Shown: one piece after another, positions 56,010-64,000 of the stretch
How the letters are laid out: every line of letters starts with the position of its first letter
How positions within the stretch are numbered: position 1 is the stretch's first letter
Assembly (NCBI GenBank): GCA_051294375.1
Contig: CM119266.1
Coordinates: 5,379,210 to 5,443,209 of the forward strand
DNA length: 64,000 bases
DNA from: Paraspadella gotoi
Lineage: Eukaryota; Animalia; Chaetognatha
Direction: 5' to 3'
Program-made: the position numbers and the translations under genes
Notes under the pieces: model-generated
What the model was told of the DNA's origin: nothing
Database searches by the model: none
What the model saw: the letters and a program-made list of their open reading frames with translations, nothing else

Positions 56010-56530
56010 AAAAGAGAGACAACCTATATTTTCCTCTCAGATTTCTTCACCCGCACCGACTGGTCTACGTCTACTGCGAGGCTACACTCTGCAGCCTGTC
56101 GTCCAACGACTCTAGATGCGACCGTGGATGCCAACCAGAGTCGCCCGTCGAATCCCCTAGCGGCGAAGTCAAGCATCTGTCATACGCGGGTCTCGTGGCG
56201 CCCCCGCCAGAGCCTCAAGCGCCGCCTATCGGCGAGAATGCTGTTTCCGGCCCTTTTCTTCTCTCCGGCGAGAATTGCGAGGGAATCGACGTCATCCCTA
56301 ATGGAGTCGTCCTCTGCACCGACGCTACGCGGGTCGGCTCCGTCTGCCGGGTCGAGTGCCGGAGCGGCTTCCGGTCTTCCCCGGCTGCGTCGCCCGCGTC
56401 GGCCGCGTCGCCGGATGTCGGCGAGGTCGTCTGCGTCGCCACGAAAGAGTCGAACGTTTGGATCGGCGAACTGGAAGAGTGCCGAGATGTGGACGAGTGT
56501 GTTGAGAACGGGGTGGATCCTTGTCTCGAG
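54218..56530 (+). CDS. ZP module then Sushi/CCP and the start of an EGF-Ca: exons 54218-54489, 54998-55148, 55598-55917, 56041-56530
   Basis: ZP-N Cys pattern (LECHV..SCPV..DECG..MTCFF); ZP-C motifs (FLTNCWTTP, KNGC, RFSFSAFRF, VYVYCEATLC..CDRGC); CCP C-NGVVLC-GSVCRVECRSGF-C-W-C; DVDEC. Phases consistent. Confidence 0.88.
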
Positions 56531-56561
56531 GTGTGTTTGTGAAGTCGGATATGATGCCATG

Positions 56562-56815
56562 ACCGGTGGCTCATTGAGTAATAACATCAGCTCGTGACCA
56601 TGAGGTACCGGGATCGATCCTCAATGATACCTAACCAGCGGGAAGCGTGAGGGCGGCCGTAAACCGCATGAGTGCGTGAAAACCCCTCAAGCCAAGTTCC
56701 AAGCTCAGGACCCGTTCCTATCGTTCCATTGCTGCCTCGAAGGCGCAGAAGATACGGAACGATCCCGTTGTGTATTGTCAATGCTCACTCTGTGGGTGGG
56801 GTGACCCTGAAGTAT
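56562..56815 (+). mobile_element. tRNA-derived SINE family member (relatives at ~54566-54900 + and ~48440-48570 -)
   Basis: tggctcattgagt (A box) and gggatcgatcc (B box). Shared blocks ctc(a/g)tgaccatga, gcgggaagcgt.agg.cggccgtaaac and ccattgctgcc. Confidence 0.6.
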
Positions 56816-56859
56816 AAAGAAATACACGTATTCATATTCATAAATATAACTTTTTACAG

Positions 56860-57941
56860 GAAGGAGTCACAGTCGCGTCTCATCGGTGTGAGAACACTCC
56901 CGGTTCTTACGTCTGCGTTTGTCGCGAAGGATTTAAAAGAATTTTCGAGAGCGAAGATTGTCGTCCTTTTGACAGGTCGGTTCAGAGTGTTTTAGGAGTG
57001 GCCTCATTTTCGTAAAGCGTCCCAATTTTAATCTTTAATTCCGAATTAAATTACTGTTTATGTTTAAAGATTAAAGATTAAAGATTATAAGATAAGAATT
57101 AGGTAAGGGATAGGTTATTGGATTAGAGTTGAAGATTAGGTTCGTGATTAAGTTAAGGGAATTGGGTTAAGGATAATTTTAGCATTAAGGGGATTATGTT
57201 AAAGATGAGTATTTAACATTTTATGGATATGGTTAAAGATAAAGTAAGGATAAGGTTTGAATTAGGGTTTAAGATCGGATTATTGTGTCAGAGGAGAGAG
57301 AGAGAGACCATATTTTAATTCGGGCGGTAATTAATTAATTAAATTTAATTAATTAACTAATTAAATACGGATAATTATAAAAAATAGTTAATTTGAATTT
57401 CTCGGTTTTAAAAATTAAAAGAAACAGCAGTCTAAAAAAATTTAAATTTACTTCTAAAAAAAGGTTTCGAGAAAAAAAAGGTTCGACCTCCAACCCGAGA
57501 AAAATGTCACAATGTCACAAGTTCACAGGTTCGAAGGATCAGTTCGATTTCCGAAGCAAAAATTCACCGGGGATTTCCTGGTCAAAGATTCCGCCCTCTA
57601 CCGGTCGACGAAAGCGACGACGGAGATCGAATTGGCCAACATTTTCGGCGGCGTCGGCGGCGACGTCGGCGGCGGGGTCGGCGGCGGGGTCGGCGGCGTC
57701 GTCGTCTCTGTGACGGCCTTTCGTCCAGGCAGCGTCGTCGCCCACTTCGATCTCTACCAAGAGAGGAAGAAGGGAGCGTCGGGTCTCGGAGCGACTCGTC
57801 TTCGCCGATCGGCTCAAGATCGAATTCTGGCGACGAAGGGAACGATTTTGGGAATCGGCTTTAGCGAGGGAGATCTCGTTTTGGAGGATGTGGACGAGTG
57901 TGGGCGGGATGTTGTCAGGTAGGGGTTGAAAAGGGAGGGAA

Positions 57942-58040
<99 letters not shown>

Positions 58041-58266
58041 CCCTTTCTTCTCCCACTGTTCTCAGGAACGAATGCCATCAATCTGCCGAATGCATCGATA
58101 CTAAAGGATCTTTTGAATGTCGCTTGTCGCCTCAAGTTGAGAATTAATTTAATTTACATACATATATTGTTATTTATTTATTTTTGGTTTATTGGTTTAT
58201 TGATTGATTGATTTTTTGTTTGTTTGATTTAGTTATTTATTTCGATTAAGATTTTTTCATCCATTA

Positions 58267-58313
<47 letters not shown>

Positions 58314-58579
58314 ATTTTTTCTTCCCTTCATTCATTTATTCTTTCTTTTCTTCATTCGTTTAAAAAATAACCCTTCAATTCGAATCAATCGATCAATATC
58401 CAATCAATCAATCAATCAATCTCTGGCGATCGCAGGGTTTCCGCGACGACTCTCCCCTCGGATTGGAGGGTCGACTCTGCGTGGAGGAAAACGACGAGAC
58501 GATCCTGGAGGCGACGGTCGGAATCATCGTCGCTTTCCTCGTCGTCGTCGTCGTCGGGAAACTCGTTCATTACGGGTGA
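56860..58579 (+). CDS. EGF-Ca end, SEA domain, EGF-Ca, transmembrane helix: exons 56860-56975, 57529-57918, 58066-58135, 58436-58579
   Basis: CENTPGSYVCVCREGF; SEA-type F..KDSALY..VTAFRPGSVVAHF; DVDEC..CHQSAECIDTKGSFEC; ILEATVGIIVAFLVVVVVGKLVHYG* (a gg|gtgacg donor could instead extend the tail). Confidence 0.85.
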
Positions 58580-59415
58580 CGATGAAAAATAATTGAGCCT
58601 TATTTTCTCAGAACGACTCATTCCATCCTTAATTGAGAATCGAGTTAATTAGTTTGAGTCGAAGATTAGAGATTAGAGGTTAGGAATAAGGATGAGGTTA
58701 GCGATTAAAGTTAGGGATTAAAGTTAGGAATTAAGTTAATGATTCGGGTTAGGGATTTGGGTTAGAGACTAGGGTTTAAGGATTAGGGTTAAGGGTTAAG
58801 GTTTAGGATTAGGTTTGGGTTCGGGTTCAGGATTAGTGTTAAGGATTTGGGTTAGAGGCTAGGGTTTAAGGATTAGAGTTAAGGGTTAAGGTTTAGGATT
58901 AGGTTCGGGTTCTGGTTCATGATTAGTGTTAGGGATAAAGGTTAGGGGTTAAGTTATAAGTTTAAGAATATGTTTAAACTAAATATCAAAATTGAAATTA
59001 AATACCGGGATAAAGGAACAGAAATTGGGCGATCTGGGAAAAAAGAGCCGAAATTGGATGAATATTCGTGAGGATTATTGTAAGGATTTTAGAGGAAAAT
59101 TAAGGGTGAGTGATGACAATTTGATGGACATATGATGACATTTTATGACAATTGATAACAAATTGTGACGAATAATGACTATTATGTGAGGATTCTACCT
59201 AAAAATTAAGGGTAAGAAAAGACAATTGATGGCAATTTGATGACGTTTGATAAAAATTAATGAGGATTTTAAAGGAGAAATGATGGTAAGTGATGACGAT
59301 TGTTGTCAATTTAGGGCACGAGGTGACAATTATTATTTACAATGTCACAACACAATAAAGTTGGTTTTTTTTTAGATTGAAAAAAAGAAGAAAAGATTCG
59401 AAAGAAAATTCCAAG

Positions 59416-60261
59416 ATGGCGGAGATCGAACGCGAAGAAAATAGGTTTTGAAAAAAAAAGGTTTATATAAACTTTTTATGTCAAAAAGAAAAAAGTAAAA
59501 ACCCAAAATTTGGTACTTGACATTTGAAATGATTTTTTTGGACAAATTAAATACAATTTCTGATTCTTTTTTTTCTATTTACAACGAAATAAATATTTCA
59601 TAAATGAATAGAATTTATGNNNNNNNNNNNNNNNNNNNNNNNNNNNNNNNNNNNNNNNNNNNNNNNNNNNNNNNNNNNNNNNNNNNNNNNNNNNNNNNNN
59701 NNNNNNNNNNNNNNNNNNNNNNNNNNNNNNNNNNNNNNNNNNNNNNNNNNNNNNNNNNNNNNNNNNNNNNNNNNNNNNNNNNNNNNNNNNNNNNNNNNNN
59801 NNNNNNNNNNNNNNNNNNNNNNNNNNNNNNNNNNNNNNNNNNNNNNNNNNNNNNNNNNNNNNNNNNNNNNNNNNNNNNNNNNNNNNNNNNNNNNNNNNNN
59901 NNNNNNNNNNNNNNNNNNNNNNNNNNNNNNNNNNNNNNNNNNNNNNNNNNNNNNNNNNNNNNNNNNNNNNNNNNNNNNNNNNNNNNNNNNNNNNNNNNNN
60001 NNNNNNNNNNNNNNNNNNNNNNNNNNNNNNNNNNNNNNNNNNNNNNNNNNNNNNNNNNNNNNNNNNNNNNNNNNNNNNNNNNNNNNNNNNNNNNNNNNNN
60101 NNNNNNNNNNNNNNNNNNNNNNNNNNNNNNNNNNNNNNNNNNNNNNNNATTGGATCGGATGGCAAAAACTGGACGGCATTGGATCGGAAGAAGGAATTGC
60201 GTCTGGGGTGATAATGTGGGAAGTGAATATTAATCAATTGTCATTTCTTAATTAAAATAGA

Positions 60262-60354
<93 letters not shown>

Positions 60355-60516
60355 GAAAGTTTTATCATTCTAAGTTGCTCTCTAAGAGATTCTCTTCTTC
60401 TTGTTAAAATTCGTTTTTATTTTTTATTTTTTTTATTTTTGCCTTTGCAGTTTTATCGCTGAGATGAATTCGAAAGTTCAAGTCTCTGGGGAAGAACACA
60501 CTTTTGTCAATCTTTA
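59416..60516 (+). CDS. Probable first two exons of a downstream gene (59416-59444; 60451-gap), MAEIEREEN|SFIAEMNSKVQVSGEEHTFVNL
   Basis: ccaagATGgcgg start context, ag|gtttt donor and a polypyrimidine tgcag acceptor give an in-frame join. Product not recognised. Confidence 0.4.
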
Positions 60517-60541
60517 NNNNNNNNNNNNNNNNNNNNNNNNN

Positions 60542-61525
60542 TCGTAAAGCGCCCAATTTTAATCTTTAATTCCGAATTAAATCTACTGTTTATGTTAAAG
60601 ATTTTAAAGATTATAAGATTAAGAATTAGGTCAGGGATAGGTTATTGATTAGAGTTGAAGATTAGGTTCGTGATTAAGTTAAGGGAATTGGGTTAAGGAC
60701 TATATGTTGAGCATTAAGGGGATTATGTTAAAGATGAGTATTTAACTTTATGGAATGGTTAAAGATTAAAGTAGGATAAGGTTGTAGGAATTAGGGTTTA
60801 GATCGGATTAGGTTTGTAGGAAGTAGAGGAAAGGAGAAGAAGGAGGAGAGAGAGAGAGAGAGAGGAGAGAGAGACCATATTTTAATGCGGGCGCGTAATT
60901 AATTAATTAAATTTAATATTAATTAATTAATTAAATCGGATTAATTATAAAAAATAGTTAATTCTGTTAATTTCTCGGTTTTAAAAATTAAAAGAAACAG
61001 CATTCTAAAAAAATTTAAATTTACTTTAAAAAAAGGTTTCGAGAAAAAAAAGTTCGACCTCCAACCCCGAGAAAAATGTCACAAATTGTCACAAGTTCAC
61101 AGGTTCGAAGGATCAGTTCGTATTTCCGAAGCAAAATTCACCGGGGATTCCTGGTCAAAGATTCCGCCCTCTACCGGTCGACGAAAGCGACGACGGAGAT
61201 CGAATTGGCCACATTTTCGGGCGGACGTCGGGCGGCGACGTCGGCGGCGGGGTCGGCGGCGGGGTCGGCGGCGTCGTCGTCTCTGTGACGGCCTTTCGTT
61301 CCAGGCAGCGTCGCTGCCCACTTTCGATCTCTACCAGATTGAGGAAGAAGAGGAGCGTCGGGTCTCGGAGCGACTCGTCTTCGGCCGATCGGCTACAAGA
61401 TCGAATTCTGGCGACGCAAGGGAACGATGTTGGGGAATCGGCTTAGCGACGGGAGATTCTCGTTTTGGAGGATCGGTGACCGAGTGTGGGCGGGATGTTG
61501 TGAGTAGGGTTGAAAAGGGTGGGAA

Positions 61526-61617
<92 letters not shown>

Positions 61618-63283
61618 CTCCTTTCCCCTTTCTCTCCCACTGTTCGCAGGAACGAATGCCATCAATCTGCGAATGCATCGATACTCAAGGATCTTTTTGA
61701 ATTGTCGCTTGTCGTCAAGTTGAGAATTAATTTAAGTTTACATACATATATTGTATTATTTATTTTTGGTTTATTGATTGATTGATATTTTTTGTTTGTT
61801 TGATTTAGTTATTTATTTCGAGTTAAGATTTTTTCATCCATTACATTGATGTGATTGATTGATTGAATTTATTGATTGCGATTGATTCATTGATTGACTT
61901 ATATTATTTTTTCTCCCTTCATTCATTTATTTCTTTTTTCTTTTCGTTTAAAAAAAACCCTTCAATTCGAATCAATCGATCAATATTCCAATCAATCAAT
62001 CAATCAATCTCTGGCGATCGCAAGGGTTTCCGCGACGACTCTCCCCTCGGATTGGAGGGTCGACTCTGCGTGGAGAAAAATGACGAGACGATCCTGGAGG
62101 CGACGGTCGGAATCATCGTCGCTTTCCTCGTCGTCGTCGTTCGTCGGGAAACTTCGTTCATTACGGGTTGACGATGAAAAATAATTGAAGCCTTTATTTT
62201 CTCAGAACGACTCATTATCCTTATAGAATCAATTAGTTTAGCGAGTAATTAAGTGTTGAAGGATGAGTTAGCAAAGTAGATAGAGAAGTTTAATTAGATG
62301 TTGGATTAGGTAGAACGTTAAGGTTAGGGTTATTAAGTGATAGTTGGGGTCGTTAGATTTAGAGGATTTTGTGTTAGAGGTTAGGGTGTTTAAGGATTAG
62401 AGTAAGGGTTAAGGTTTAGGATTAGGTTCGGGTTCTGGTTCATGATTAGTGTTAGGGATAAAGGTTAGGGGTTAAGTTATAAGTTTAAGAATATGTTTAA
62501 AACTAAATATCAAAATTGAAATTAAATACCGGAGATAAAGGAACAGAATTGGGGCGATCTGGGAAAAAAAGAGCCGGAAATTGGGATATTGAGGATTATG
62601 TTAAGGATTTTTAGAGGAAAATTAAGGGTGAGTGATGACAATTTGATGGACATATGATGACATTTTATGACAATGATAACAATTGTGACGAATAATGACT
62701 ATTATGTGAGGATTCTACCTAAAAATAAGGGTAAGAAAAGACAATTGATGCAATTTGATGACGTTTGATAAAAATTAATGAGGATTTTAAGAGGAGAAAT
62801 GATGGTAATGATGACGATTGTTGTCAATTTAGGGCACGGTGACAATTATTATTTACAATGTCACACACAATAAAAGTTGGTTTTTTTTTTAGATTGAAAA
62901 AAAAGAAGAAAAGATTCGAAGAAAATTCCAAGATGGCGGAGATCGAACGCGAAGAAAATAGGTTTTTTGAAAAAAAGTTTATATAAATTTTTATGTCAAA
63001 AAGAAAGAAGTTAAAAACCCAAAATTTGGTACTTGACATTTGAAATGATTTTTTGGACAAATTAATATCACAATTTCTGATTCTTTTTTTCTTATTTACA
63101 ACCCGAAATAAATATTTCATAAATGAATAGAATTTATGTTGATCAAACTGCTTCGTTTGCTATATGGATTAAGTTTTTAAAAGTTTTTTTCTTCTTGTGT
63201 TATTTCTCTTTGAAGCGCTTTTCTCTCTCTCTCTCTCTCTCTCGTTCTCTCTTCTCTCTTCTCGGCTGTCTATCTCTCTCTTT

Positions 63284-63314
<31 letters not shown>

Positions 63315-63317
63315 TCT

Positions 63318-63351
<34 letters not shown>

Positions 63352-63455
63352 GCCTCCCTCTTTATCCTCCACTAATGTCAATCGCCAACCGTAAAGTAAT
63401 TGCAGGAAATGATGCAATGAAATGGAACTGAACATAAACTCGACAGCCTCAAAAC

Positions 63456-63528
<73 letters not shown>

Positions 63529-63786
63529 TCTCGTCACACGCGCGTCAATCACGTCACCCCGAGTAACGCGTGAACCTTCACCGGACACGCCCCTTTAACG
63601 CCATTACACGGCGTCGAATGGCAAAAACTGGACCGTCATTGATCGGATGGCAAAAACTGGACGGCATTGGATCGGAAGAAGGAATTCGTCTGGGGTGATA
63701 ATGTGGGAAGTGAATATTAATCAATTGTCATTTAACATTAGAATAATAATAATAGAATTTATAATATTAAAAAAAAATTTTTTATA

Positions 63787-63860
<74 letters not shown>

Positions 63861-64000
63861 CAATAATAATAAATAATAATATATAAAGAAAGTTTTATCA
63901 TTCTAGTGCTCTCTAAGAATTCTCTTCTTATTGTTTAACAATTATGTCTCGTTTTATTTTTTATTTTTTTTATTGTTTGCCTTTTGCAGTTTTATCGCTG
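60542..64000 (+). other. Indel-rich direct duplicate of ~57011-60460 (SEA/EGF/TM exons, next-gene start); spans the 59620-60148 gap
   Basis: Starts tcgtaaagcg-cccaatttt as at 57011. Frameshifted SEA exon at ~61100-61500. 63139-63637 occupies the position of the 529-N gap. Confidence 0.9.

Noticed and set aside
58670-58960. True telomere or chromosome-fusion site
   Set aside because: Repeats are highly degenerate, short, intronic or UTR-located and bracketed by TIR-like ends.
59575-60255. ~200-aa ORFs made of X
   Set aside because: They only span the N gap.
60542-62175. Tandem paralogue or pseudogene of the VWA-ZP gene 3' end
   Set aside because: Differences are scattered 1-nt indels in exons and introns alike, next to a 25-N gap; a noisy-read duplicate is more likely.

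Overview
AT-rich animal (invertebrate-like) genomic DNA with GC/CpG-rich exons, short GT-AG introns and many microsatellites. The assembly is a patchwork. Six exactly 25-N gaps sit next to indel-rich duplicates, including a ~20 kb fold-back (2153-22459), a ~3.9 kb fold-back (22554-26403) and direct duplicates (26404-29693, 42190-45890, 60542-64000), so much of the window is redundant. Gene content: (1) a chimaerin (C1 + RhoGAP) whose exons are in mixed orientation but can be re-ordered; (2) a ~19-exon type I membrane/ECM gene (VWA x3, EGF, ZP, CCP, EGF-Ca, SEA, EGF-Ca, TM) in which one VWA is spliced in-frame into the middle of another, and a third VWA is split around them; (3) a small signal-peptide, 8-Cys ORF missed by the ORF track because each of its two copies has a different 1-nt indel; (4) the probable first two exons of a further gene. 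Repeats include a 74-bp constant unit + variable (CGA/CGAA)n array, a hAT-like MITE with filled and empty sites, a palindrome with a hammerhead-type core, tRNA-derived SINEs and a TIR element with telomere-like filler. All calls were made by eye and by manual translation; no database searches were run.
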